From Bigelowiella natans CCMP2755 (taxonomy: Eukaryota; Protista; Cercozoa), in NCBI GenBank assembly GCA_000320545.1, contig ADNK01002290.1:198345-262344 (forward strand): a DNA stretch of 64,000 nt, written 5' to 3'. This document shows positions 11,171-24,397 of this stretch, piece after piece; within the stretch, counting starts at the first letter, position 1; every line of letters begins with the position of its first letter. Below the pieces are notes generated by a model that had not been told where the DNA came from, searched no databases, and saw nothing but the letters and a program-made list of their open reading frames with translations. Position numbers and translations under genes: made by a program.

Positions 11171-13721
11171 AGAGAGAATGGATTAGATCTGACATTGAGG
11201 TGGGCGCTCTTGAAGGTACAGGTGACTCATGCTTTTTGTCCATAGCGCCACTTTTTGAGGCATCAGCGTTGCCATCATTAGCTCTATTCTTTCGTTTCCC
11301 TTGTCCATGTTTGCGTTTTTTCAATAATTTACTCAATCTAGCTTTCATTCCTTTCCCCCATCTTTCGAAGCTACCAGCCATTGTCACTGTGATAGTATTC
11401 GTTGAAATGTCATGTAGTCATTTTAATGCATTTCAAGTAGAAAATATTGATGTTATAAATTACGTTCGCAAAAGGCTACAGTAACCGCAAAGGATGTGAG
11501 GATCGTTGATATTCTCAGGCTTTTCCTTGGTTCCATATCCTGCAGTAGATGATAATCAATATTGTGTCGTACATCACCCAAGTCTCGAGTCGTATTAAAG
11601 TAAATGTTTCACAAGCTAAAATCTTATCTTACATCTCCTTTTCTTCCTTACACATGCAATTATTTTACCTTACTATTAGCTGCAACTGATGCTCCTTCTT
11701 CAGCTTGAACATCTAAAAAATAGCTGCTAGAGCTTTTTGCTCTTACCGTAGTTACCGTTGGTGATTTTTTGCTCTCAGCATTATCTTTTTGATCCCCGAC
11801 GAATGCTCTACCGGCTCGCTGAAGTATAATAAATGCATTTCCTTCATTGCAAAAGCTGTTGTTGAGAGTTGCATGGATTGTGTTTTTACAAAGACACTTG
11901 AAGTGGTCCTTTGCTCCGGTAAAAAATATAGAACGGATGCACAACAACAAAAACCACAAAATGCGACTTTAAGAACACCTGAAGGAAAGCCGCGAGAGGC
12001 TGCTCCTGCCACTGCCATTGTGTAGTACCTGTGAAGAGACAAAAAATGGTGAGGATGACAACACAGATCCATAATCTAAATTCCAAAGTGTCAGGACTGA
12101 AAGTTGATGATAGCTAATACTTTTCCACAGTCTGTGACTTTTGAAACAACGAAGCGGTACTGATTATTTTAGTATTTATATTTATATAGTTACTGCTGCT
12201 GCCCTTGTAGGAATGTTCAACCGATCTGCCATTTTCTGTTTTGATATAATCAGCAGCATCAGTAGAGAGCGAAGTGCTGATTGTCGCATTTGATCCTTCC
12301 TCAGCTGTTCCTCCATCCTCTTGCTCTTGTCGCCCTCGCTTTATGTAGTCTACCAGGTCCCCAAGTGTCAAAGACGTAGCTTTCCTCACAACCGTCAAAA
12401 TACGTTTCGCTACAGCATTAGGTAGACTTTTCGCTGCGGCTTCTCCCAGACTATCAGATTCTTCCCATCCCTCCTCCATTCTTCTCAAGTTTGCTGGTGG
12501 TGATAATGAAGAAGAAGAAAATTTAGGATCAGGGTCGTTGTTATCGATCATGTTAGCATGAACTCCGACTGGTGCAGGAGATTCGCACTTCCCCTCCCTC
12601 TCATCACTGTTGTCGGAGACTGACGGGTTATAAGTTCGGTTCTCACAAATAGTTGAGAAAATGTTCAAGTCTCCTCTTTGCTCTTCTTGCTCCTCTGTCG
12701 TCGCCTGTTGTCGAAACCTAACTACTTTATCCATGCTTTGACCCATAAAATTACGGAAAGATGCCGGTAGCTTGGCGCAAGTGTCTCCTATCCTTTTTGG
12801 AATACGTCCTAAATAGTCCAGATGGTTTTTGAAAGTGCCACCACCAAGCCCTTCCCCAGAAAAATATGGAGAGCTGATGGCAGAATCCTGTTCTCGCTGT
12901 TCTTTAAGCTGCGCTGGCGTGAAGAGGAAGAATTGGCTGGCTCCGTTGGTTACTATGATTCGACGACGTACCGGGGGGGGATGAGGCCCTGCCTGGTGCC
13001 TATTTGATGCCAATACTTCCATGACGCGGCCTTCCTTCGAAGAACGAAGAGAACGAGTGATATCTTGACCACTGTCCTTCATCACCATTCTGCTTTCAGC
13101 ATTCCCCTTTTGAAATTGCATTATAGCAAACAGGCCGCCCGGCAGCAGTGCCGTGCGTTTCTCTTCCTCCTTTTCTTCTTTACTTGAGTAGCCCCAGCCC
13201 CCCACGTCCTCTTCGTCCAGGCTTCTTTCGTCTCGTTGAGCTGAGCTATAGGGGGCTGCTGTCTTTGTGTCCATGCCTAGTAGCATCGCTGTAGTTCTCC
13301 ACCTTTCGCGCAGCCACTGCGATATGCCACCGTCCTTTCTGGCACAACCACTTTCACGATCACCGTCATGGCCAAATGATGATGATGATGGTGGTGATGA
13401 TGATTGTGATAATTCAGGATTGTTATTGCTACTGCGGTGGTCAAAGTAGTTCTTCAAACTATTTTCGGCCCATTCGTCACGGCTGCCGCCGCTATCTACA
13501 TTACTGCTGTTACTACTTCCGTCTCCTCTTTGCCTTGAACTCAACAGAAATACTGCAGCAGTTTGATTTCTTACATTTCTGTTGTCACCGGTTTTGTCGC
13601 GATCAGACCCATCGATAACGACGTCTTTTGCATCCCCCCTTCAGGAAGAAAAACAGGAGTGATAAATGTACAAAATGATGATGCACACCCAACTAAGTAC
13701 GAGCTTAAACTGTGGCCAACT

Positions 13722-13756
<35 letters not shown>

Positions 13757-14837
13757 CCCCCCCCCCCCCCCTTCATACTCCTCCCCTTTCTTCCTCTTTT
13801 TGTATTTCCTTTTAATCAAATTTACCCAAAGAGTGTGGAATCTTGTTCGACGTCATGATCTTCTTCGTCGCTGTTTTTTACATGTTCTACTCTATGGACA
13901 TGATCGTTGGGAGACGTGAAGCGTGTGAAGGCGTGGCGAGTGACAGTGAAGTTGTTTGGTGGATTGCCTTCGATACGCACGAAGCTAACATTCAGCACTC
14001 CGTGCATGCTGCCATCATCATCCCTTTTTGCGCGAAGTAGCCTGGTCTGTGCGCTACTATCTACGGTGGCAAATCGAAGATGAGCGCCATCATCACCATT
14101 ATCTTCATCATCTTCTTCAGTGAAACTCCCCTCTTTCTGCGATATTGCGTATGGTGTTGCTGATGATGATGTAAGCTGATGGTGATGACGAAGTATCAAC
14201 ATCTCTCTGAGAGCCTTAAATTCCGCTTCAGTCTCGTTGAGGCGTTTGCGAAGCTCTTCGCTGTGCCGCCTCCTCATCTCCCGCAATTGTAGTAATCGGA
14301 GGAAAGGGTCATCATCAGAGCTACCACCTTCTTTATCTACGTTGCTACCATCGAGTCCGACAAAGCCAGCAGCATGATGAGAAGATGGTGATGGTGGTGA
14401 TGATAATGATGCTAGTTGGGTGCTGTTGTTCATCCAATTTTGATTATGTTGTCGCCTAAGATCGATAAGCCTTTGCCATTCTTTATCTTCAACGTGGTCT
14501 TTGAGAACATCCTGTAGTGGGTTGTGTAAGCTGTTCTCCTCCCTCTCCTCCTCCTCCTCCTCATCATCCTCCTGCTGCTGTTGAATATGAAAACGGCGAG
14601 GTTGCAATGGCTGTGGGTCTTGTCGAGAGTGCTCATCGGTACTTTCCTTCTGAAGGGGGTTACTGCCTGAAGTAGCCGTTGGAAGGGGGGGAAGCGAGGG
14701 ATGGAATGGCTGCATCGAACTTCGTTGCGCCAAAAGTGCATTAAGCATTCGCTCATTTTGCTCAATCAGGTGACGTATCAACTGGGACGGAGAGGTGATT
14801 TATGAGAAGGGGGGAGTAGTAGGAGAGGAGGGGGGGA

Positions 14838-14868
<31 letters not shown>

Positions 14869-15886
14869 AGAAAGGTCAAACTACTTATTGTGGTAATAAT
14901 AATGGTAATGGCAGCAGTTGAATGAAAGTAGATGTTGAATTTTGATTTTTTCTAAACGATTCTCAACGTTTCAATTTTATTTTTGGTTTCCTTCCCATAT
15001 TATATTTCCATTGCCCATCGTCTCCATCATCTTCACCACCATTATCCTCAACAGCAAACATCAACAATATAATTATTGTTTGCGTTATCCGTACCTCTGT
15101 CTGCTCGGAGGTCACTTGAGTGCCCACAGGAGAAGGGGAAGAGAAGGCAGCAGAAGTGGAGGGAGGAGGGGAGGATTGGTGATGAGCAACGAAGCCATGG
15201 TGAGACTGCTCAGGGGTCGACGAATAGGAATGCTGCTGCTGCTGCTGCCGCTGCAAAGACTTTTCGTATTGGTACTTGTAAGAAGAAGCAGCGGGAGAAG
15301 TATCTGACGCTGAAAGAGGTGAAGGCGGAGAAGAATAGAGTTGCTGCTTCTGCTGTTGTTGTTGTTGCGAGATATTAGACGCCAACAGCGACTTGCCTGC
15401 CTCTTCTGAGAACGAAGGTGACGCTGACACTAATCCTGAATGTGCCTCGACCTTCATACTTGCGCCACCACCCCCCCCCGCACTGCCACTGCCACTGTTA
15501 GCACCATTAGGACGAGAAATCCCCTCATTGCCCCCTTCCCCCTTGCGTCTGTTCTCAGAAAATAGTGCAGCAGAAATAACATCTTCACATTTTGGTTTGC
15601 AGCTACTACTCTCCTGATTCAGATCAGTTATTTTGGCTGCGACGTTGTCGCTCCTTTCTTCCTCATCATCATTATCATCCATATACTTCCCAGCATCTAA
15701 GGATGGGGCGTTGGGCTGTTTTCCACTCTTGTTCTTCTCTTCCAAGGAGAAAAGTTTTGATTTCGAATCACTACCAAAGGCAAGAGATTTACTACGCTGA
15801 GCGTCATCGACAGCGGTGGTAGCAGAAATACTTGGGTCTGACGTCGCATTAAAAGATGATTCGAAGGTTGCTTGCTGGTTCTGCAT
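11169..15886 (-). CDS. Large low-complexity protein with probable C-terminal TM segments, unknown function (may extend to about 16040, may be more than one gene)
   Basis: Co-oriented ORFs 14963-15886, 13822-14781, 12114-13544, 11660-12086 and 11169-11387 separated by microsatellite-containing GT-AG introns. Hydrophobic LWICVVILTIFCLF segment. Confidence 0.55.
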
Positions 15887-17017
15887 TGCGCTGAAGAAAC
15901 GGTGGAGCGTCGACTTGACCTTGCCTGCAAGTAGGAAAAGACGAGAGATTCTTAAAGATATACGATGGCGAAGTTGTCTTCTTCTTTGCCTAGAATTTTA
16001 CCTGTCTTTGACTCTTCTTCCTGCTGCACAGCTGACAAGCCATTGTCCACAGCAGCAGCAGCCCCTGTTAAAACAAACATGCAGCAAACATATGGGAATG
16101 CAAAAACCAGTGTCATTCGTCTTTAGTCGTGGAGTCATCCGCATGCATGCTAGATGAAACCAGCATTATCAATCTGTGATAGATAAGGCACCTTGTTCAG
16201 CGACGACGGCCTGATGAGTTAAGGCCCATGCCTAAGAAAGTTGTTAAAAATGATTGTTGCGGGTATGTCGACATCTCATGCGATAATTTGATGGTTCCGA
16301 CAACGAATTTAAGGCACGCAGCCAGTATCCTATGTAATAGTCCAGTACAAAATCATTTCGAAGCTGCACATAGCGGTTCCGCGGTTAATTTCTGCGGCGA
16401 CTCAGTTGAAGCGCATAAAAAACCCTAGACAATTAAACCACGAGTGCTTCCTCACCGTAAGCAAAATAAGCAGCATTTCGTTCTTCGGGAGCACAGGAAC
16501 GAGATCAGCCCACCCTCCTTTCAAAATAGGTAGGTTGGGTGGACAGGGAGATAGCCCCAAATGCTCAGCGCCCCGTGCTGTTCTCTTATTTCAATAATTT
16601 GAATGTGTAGGCCGGTAGCGCATCGGAAGATAGTGGCCCCATTGTTATTATCAGCATCAAACCTACTACAAACTGCTTGCCTTGGGAATGGGAGAGTGGA
16701 CAACACTTTTCGGAACAATCGGAATAGAATATGTATTTTACGATTTTCTCTGCATGAAAAATGATCTATAAACATGTCGAGGCAATGTGCCCGAGCAACA
16801 ACAGGTGAATTAGACCAATTTGGTAGGGTTATTGCCCGTATAAAAGTTGATCTTGGTACTACTAATCTCTGTGCTAATGAATAAATTAAAAAAATTTAAA
16901 TTTCAATTATCGAAAAATACCTTCGATAATCTTCCATCATTTTCATGCTGAGACTTTCTCCTCGATAGAATTACACGCAGCTGGAAGTGCTGTCTACGTG
17001 GCAGGCGCAGCAGCCCG

Positions 17018-18819
17018 ATGTGGATGCTCAAGGGCCTCACCACCGCCCTAGGTTGACTTAAAGCTAGCCTCGGCAATGAATCTAGCTTTCTTTTCGAGGA
17101 ATATCCATGTTTTCATTTCTGGAAGTGGATCGTTTGGTCTAAGCCTACAATAACTCATGTAGGGCTGGTGGTTCTAACAAGCGGGAAGTCGCTGCTCAGT
17201 CGCAGGCTTTTGCCAAGGGGACGAGGTTTTGCGAGAGTGCCCCATCACCTGAAGCCTGCTTTGGGTCACTCGACGCTGCACCGTAAGTACATTTGTTAAG
17301 AGAAACGCGCCCACGCCTTCATTCGAAGCATCACATAGGCTCCAGAGCTGTTATAGCTACAGAAGTGATGGAAAATGAGCTGCGATTACGATCGCCGGAG
17401 CTTGGCATTCCCTTGCATTGGATGGAAGTAGGCTATAGCGACGTTTCACAGACGGATGAGCCTGTGATCATATTACATGGATTGCTGGTAGTAACCTATG
17501 AGGCAGCTACTATGTGAAAAATGGCCGTTTATGGATTCCATTTGTGAGCCCTCTTTTCTTTTTTATGTGTATACACTGAGCGTGAAGATAGAAGGGGTCA
17601 TGTAAATCATATTACCTTATGACTATCATGCTTATTTTTAGGGAAATAGCATGAATTTCAATACTTGGGCAAAGGATCTTTTCAAATCTCTAGACACAAA
17701 CCGTCGAATCATAATTCCAGATCTCAGGAATCATGTCAGCATACCAGTGATTCAATTATACTCCGAACCAATCTGACAGCCTCCTCTACTACCTATCAGG
17801 GTCAAAGTAGTCATGTATCTAGCATGAACTACAGAGAATTGATGGAGGATGTTTTACGGCTGATGGATGATCAGGGGATTGCAAAAGCTGAGGTTAATAC
17901 AGTGGCCGAAGCTAATCGCAAGATTGAGATGATATAATGGTAGTTTTTTTTTAAGTTCATCGGGCATTCTCTGGGAGGGAAAATTGCTTCGGGAATTGCC
18001 CTCTGCCATCCAGAGAGAGTCAAATCTCTAGCTGTTTTGGATATTGCCCCTGTAAAATATTCGGAAGAGGTGAGTTTTGTAAATATAAATTTCGAGTATA
18101 AAATGGAAGAAAGAAAAGAGACACCTATTATCATCAGGACGCAAGCTGGTGGCAAGTGGATTCGGTTGTGGATGCAATGGCTTCTTTATCGCTCGACGTG
18201 AGTTTTACTTTGTTTCAAACCGAAATTAATTGAAAACGAAGATTTTTGCTTCGGCCTCTTCAGACAATAAGGAGTAGAGAGGAAGCCAATGAGCTCCTGA
18301 AGACGAAGATCGACGACCCAATATTAAGACGATTTGCGCTGACGAATATAATTTTTGATTCGCAAGCGAACATTTGGAAGTGGAGAATAAATATACATTC
18401 AATTAAGAAGCATTTGCAGTCTGTTCGAGACTATGATATAGGGCAGGGTAACCAAAATCTAGAGGATCTTGGTCTACGATACGAAGGTACATGGGTTAAT
18501 GTCTACCCCAAAACGTATCACAGACTATCTCTCATTACTTTATCTTTACAGGTGAAGTATTTTTTGTTTCTGGTCGCCGATCAAAGTACATCGGCACTAG
18601 GCATCTACCTACAATTGCCAAGTTATTCCCAAAGTACAGGATGGTAACGTTGAAGAACGCAGGACACTGGGTAAGTAGATAAAATCATGTTTTTTTATTG
18701 CACTATTTGCGCCCCGATGATCGTCCACTTTTATGTTTTCCCCAACATTTCAGGTGCATTCTGAAGCTCCGGAGGAAACTGTGAAGTACTGTAAAATATT
18801 CTTGGATCGTGGATATTAG
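17018..18819 (+). CDS. ABHD11: ABHD11/YbfF-like alpha/beta hydrolase with possible organellar presequence, multi-exon
   Basis: PVIILHGLL|G, DLRNH|GQSSH, GHSLGGK nucleophile elbow, VLDIAPV, WKWRIN, AGHW|VHSEAP. Start approximate. Confidence 0.88.
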
Positions 18820-19861
18820 ACGTACAGCAAATGTCTATAAATGCTCAAACAATTTAAGTCGGTTTCACGGATTTCTGAGCTCTAGATACTGAACTAGATT
18901 CTCGCCGATAGAAACCATACAATGTGCGTGATAATAATGATGAACATGAGAATGAAGCAGTATGTATGTATGTATTCTCCTAGAAATATCGATCGAAGTC
19001 CAGAGTGAGTAGTTTTCAGAAAGTCAGCGATGCCAATAAGTGTGCACTCTTGCGTTGAGGCTGCTACATGTGCTGGATGAGGCTGTAAGCTTCTTCGCGA
19101 CGAATGTATGCAGTCCGATACAGAAGCGTTGCCTTAACGCAAGTGTATTACTTAGCCTAGCACAGCTGACGAATGATGCCGTCTTTGCATTGTTTGTGTA
19201 TACTCCATTACTGCATGATGTGTGGACAGGCCAAATGGTACGACTGACTATGTTATGTCTATGGCATTATAGCATGGCTATATGTGCATGAGGATGATGA
19301 CGCGTATGCACCCCATAATAGCCTGTGCGATGCCACGCTCTAGCACTGTCGCTGGATGTTCGCATCGAACCAGCGAGCGTGTGTACATCTAGTATACTCG
19401 AGATTGCAATGTGTGTGAGTGTACGTACGATATAGTTACGCTCGCGTGTTATAGTGTCTATATAATGATGCAGTTGACATTGAATTAATTGACAGTATCT
19501 GACTCGAGATGATAGTAGACATGCAATTCGAGCTGTACAACGACAATGCGCGCGATAGATAGCAAGACCCGCACTAGCCACAGCACTGAGCATAATAGGC
19601 CGCATGTGTATATGTGATATATCGTCTGCCAGTCATGTATGCTGCAGCAGTAGGACTGTTCAAATAGCAACGCACATGTACTACCCTTATTGAGATGCGT
19701 ACTAAGATTAAAATTTGATGCAATCAAGATGATTTCATCCATCATTGTTCAAGGTTCATCAGCAAGAAGAACCCTGATCATAGTTTGTGTTGTTATTACG
19801 TGGCTTAAAACATATCACCTCGCGTGGCGCGGACAGTAAGCCTTATAAAGATTCTATAAAT

Positions 19862-21540
19862 TTAAAGTTCATTATTCAAGATGAACCGGTTGCCTTCTGA
19901 CTGTGCTCCATGGTACCGAACGTGGCCCTTAGCCAGATATCTAGGTAAACAATATCGACCAGAATTAAAGGATTTCAACGAAATAATTATTCATTAAATA
20001 TCATAAAAATGTGCAATCTTTAGGAATTAAAGGAGTACGCTGCAGGCTTTTTTGGAGGAGAGAATTTTTTCTTCTGGAGAACTGCAACTTCCCTGCCATC
20101 GTCATCCTGGAAATACGAAAGTATATGTGCTTCAGGGAGGTGCATCCTAGTACACTAAAAACTCGAAAAAATCCTACTACCTCGGCATCAGATTTCATCA
20201 TCACATACAGATTTTCGCCTTGCTCTTGAGCTCTTTTCCGTTCATTGTTCGACACAGGAGTTGCGTCTAGAAGCTTCAACTTTGGGAGCATATAAATGAT
20301 TAACAATCTGGAAAAATTAAATCGGACATATTAAGTGTTGTACCAATTGTACCAAATTTTTTGCAAACACACAGAACTAAACTACTCGATTGATACACAA
20401 AACTCTCTCATTTCCGTCGCTCTCACCCGGCGACCACAACTATTGCATACCAATGCAACACCTGTTTTAGTTGGTATTTCTACCTGTAGCGCTTGTATGC
20501 ATTATCTAATGATCCATCTTTAAAGTACATTTCTGGACATAGTGGGTTCTTCATCATGCTCAAATATGTTAAGTTCGGCGTCTGAGAGCACAGGAAATTC
20601 ATTAGAACTAAGACCAACAAGGAGACGATAAGAAGAAAGTAGAAATTATTTAATTCACCGCCTGATATCAAGTGCACTTAAGTGCTACTAGCAAATACTT
20701 TTTTAATTGTATACATTCGTCTCATATCCATCATCGCAATTCCAACCAACAGTCAGTAAACAAACTATCTGCTTCTTATAATACTTCTACCTGTTTTTTC
20801 AAGATGTCCATTACGCCGGTGATGCTACTTAACTGGTTATTGTTCAACCAGAGAGTTTGGAGGGATGGTATTTCCGGAAATCCTTTTAAATTCTTTATTC
20901 CATTCTTATCAAGAATCTGATATCAAATCAAAACCTTACTGGGATATGATTAAACTGCTAGTCTTATTCTGTGTATTCTTTTTATCAATCACTCAATATT
21001 AATTCCACTATCTATTCAGGGCAAAACCAGCCGCTTGAGTAATGTGGTCTTGGCCAAGATTGAAAAGTTCTGAATGGAGTTCTCTGTAAGATCCAAGTGG
21101 TTGCAGGACTTATCAATATCCGAGGGAATAGCTTTTAGCTTCCTTTCCCGTAGGGATACCTAGCCCATCGCCATACATGTCGGTCAATCCTCCCACATTT
21201 CACATATTCTCACGAGAAGCAATTTTCTAATCATTTTACAGAATCATAGAATTGGGGTTCGAAATACGAGAATAGCCTTCTGAAAACATGCCTATTAAGT
21301 TATCTAATCGTCGATACTTTTTTTTTTTAAACACACTTGGACAGTGCTAACGATCTTAATCGGGAAAGGAAAAATCACACAGGAGCGAGGTAGTTATTAT
21401 GAATTCTGTGACGCAATTTTTTTGGTTGTATATGCTGCAAAGTGGTAAAGAAGATTTCTAAGGTTCCACAGTATTTTTGGAGCGATGAACCCAGGAACAA
21501 AAGTGTAATGCTAAGCGTTAATTACTACCTTATTGGACAT
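19862..21540 (-). CDS. LRMDA: LRMDA (C10orf11)-like leucine-rich repeat protein, multi-exon
   Basis: LQTLWLNNNQL, PNLTYLSMMKNPLCP...YKRYR, YMLPKLKLLDATPV..NER, and C-terminal RYHGAQSEGNRFILNNEL* like the LRMDA tail Y.G..SEGNRFI. Confidence 0.8.
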
Positions 21541-22569
21541 GTTGGACGTTGGGTCGAGTTTTGAGGCGGACTGTATCAGTATAAACTAGCGACAACATTG
21601 TAATTTTGTCTCTAGTGTAAAATCTATAATATTCAATGAAATATGAAATATGGACATGCATTCATAAAACGACAAAGTTTACACGTTGTCTTCATACAAA
21701 AGAATACCCTGTTTTACGTTCTACCCCGACTTGTTTCTTGCAAAATTCTGATGCTTCAAATAATAAATGTCCTCAACATATATCTAAGCGACAACCCGCA
21801 CAGTTGGCTGCAACGATATCAAGGATATTCAGGAAGATATCCTATTGGATTTCTGCGGAAAGAAGATGCCATTACAAGCTCCTTTATCAAATCATTGTTC
21901 AAATCGTACAATCTTGGCCTATTTTAGAGTATCTTCAAGAAAATATTGAACCAATTTGCAGAGAATATATCTGAAATATTATTATCTCTCCGCGGTAGCC
22001 TGCAAGATTTTCAAGGTGGTGCTTGCCGATTAAAAAAGGTATGGCACTTTTCTTCAGATACCTGTGACTAATGATGTCGTACGTGTAATATACACACCCT
22101 TTTCCCCAAAAAACACGTGCGTTATTCTCGCCTCCAGAACCTACCAGGAGCGAGCACACAAACACACACCCATATCTTGCTTGTCGCTCCCCCCCCAGCA
22201 AAGCAACACACATCGAAACCGAGACGGATGTATCAGAGCACGGATTGGGAGGCGAAACGTGCTGTCGATGGGTCCAGGTACAATCCGGAACATTTCTCGC
22301 ATGTTAATATTTACCGAAAGAGCCCGGTTATTATCACGTCGAGCTGCGATGAACAAAAGTCAACATTGCACTGTTGTTCCTTGCACTCTTTTTGCACCGT
22401 TTTTTTTAACGGCACATGTTGTCACTGTACTTAAATATCACCTCTCAGATACTGGTACAGTCCCGGCCTGAACAAGTACTCTTGGGCTGTTCCAGAGGAA
22501 CTGAAAACACAGGTCACTTTTTTCGTTTCATCAAATAATTTGGTGTGAGTATGATTCCTTACTCGTAAG

Positions 22570-23169
22570 GCCGATCGAAATCGTGAGGCTGGTGAATGGT
22601 ACTGGCTAGAGCATCCAGAGCATGGCTATGTGCCCGCAAAAAAGAACCCTGGAAGCGGGTAAGATTTATTAAGTGCAGAGAATGGCCTAAATATTAACAA
22701 CACCAACAACATAACAGGTATAAAATCGCCTCTGGTGAAACAGTATATGTGAAGAAGGGTGCAGAGAAGCCGCGGAGATTGAACTGTAATAAGCCTAAAT
22801 TTTTTGGCCATAACTAGCTAATCCCCAGAATCTTGACGACAAGAAATGATTTCCACTCTTCTGCTGTCCTTTCTCCGTTTTCTACTTGTACTAGGGTTGA
22901 ATCTTACGAACTCTGAAAATGACCTTGTGATGCTTGAGAACGTCAATCCCGCTGTGATCTTATTCCACGTCAAGCAGCGATACCACACAAATCAGGTGTG
23001 ATATGTTTTGATTGTGTGATTGGCTACTGTGTGGCGGTTGTGCAACACAATGGAGACAAAAAGAAACGTCACGCAAAATCGTGCTCACGTGAACGTTTTC
23101 ATTTGATTTATGTCCGTGTACGTATTTATATATGTTTACATTTGCACGTGTGTGTTTATATATCTATGT

Positions 23170-23207
<38 letters not shown>

Positions 23208-24356
23208 GTTTGTGTGCATATGCGCGCAAGCTTTACCCTGATCATGTGATAAAATTTCCAGATATATTCATTCGTTGGCCCAATTTTGATATCATGCAAC
23301 CCCTACAAACTCCTTCCTCTATACACCCCTGCGATTCTTAATGACTACATCAAACGGTAGTATTAGTATTATCACTATTGTAGTAGTAGTCTACTCGAGT
23401 AATGGCAAATTGGTCTAAAATATTACGGATGATGATGATGATGATGATGATCAACGAATGACTATAAAGGGACAATCGCTATCTGGAACCTCACGTATAC
23501 TCAGTAGCAAACACAGCGTACAGGGATTTGGTATCGCATTCCTTGTCGCAGAGTATTGTCATCTCTGGTGAATCTGGTGCAGGAAAGACCGAATGCACGA
23601 AGCAGGCCCTCCAATTCCTGGCGGAAATAGCAGAATCAAACGAAAACATCGAGCAGATGATTCTTATGGCTAACCCTGTATTAGAAGCTTTTGGAAACGC
23701 TAAAACGGTATTAGTATGTACTGATACTATCCCCAAAGAAAAATAGTAGGATCAGTCTAAAATCTTAAAGATTTAGAGAAAATTTGAAGAAAGATTTAGA
23801 CACGAGGCAAGCGTCATGTTCTTCCCGGATAAGCCTCTTCCTTCAATTTCCTTCCTCCTTCCCCTCCTTCTAATATCTTGCCATCGGACTTCATTCAGGT
23901 GCGTAACAACAACTCATCTCGGTTTGGCAAGTACCTAGAGGTGTTCTTCAACCAGCGCAACAACATCGCTGGCGCTAAGACAACCAACTACCTCCTGGAG
24001 AAGAGCCGCGTGTGCTTTCAGGCGAAGGGAGAGCGCAACTATCATGTTTTCTATCAACTTGTGGCTGGAGCATCGGCACAGCAAAAGAAGTGGTTTCGTA
24101 TCAAAGAGATGCAAAGCTACCACTATCTTAACCAGAGCGGCTGCGACAAGGTTGCCGGCGTGCCAGATGGCCGACTTTTTAACGAGGAGCTGCTGCCTTC
24201 CATGCGCCAACTCGACTTCAAGGAGGATGAGATCAACAGTAGATAACTAACCAACATCCAACTGATATAATGATGATGATGATGAGGATGATGAGGATGA
24301 TGTTCGACAACAAAAACATCCTAATTACATGAATGCTGATTATAGTCAGGGGCGTG

Positions 24357-24397
<41 letters not shown>

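Noticed and set aside
16205-16250. CTGATGA...GAAA hammerhead-like core
   Set aside because: No G-C closing pair for stem II and no stem I/III with a UH cleavage site could be built.
21636-21974. Short AT-rich ORFs between the LRR gene and myosin (also 37648-38022)
   Set aside because: No motifs. They sit in divergent promoter gaps.
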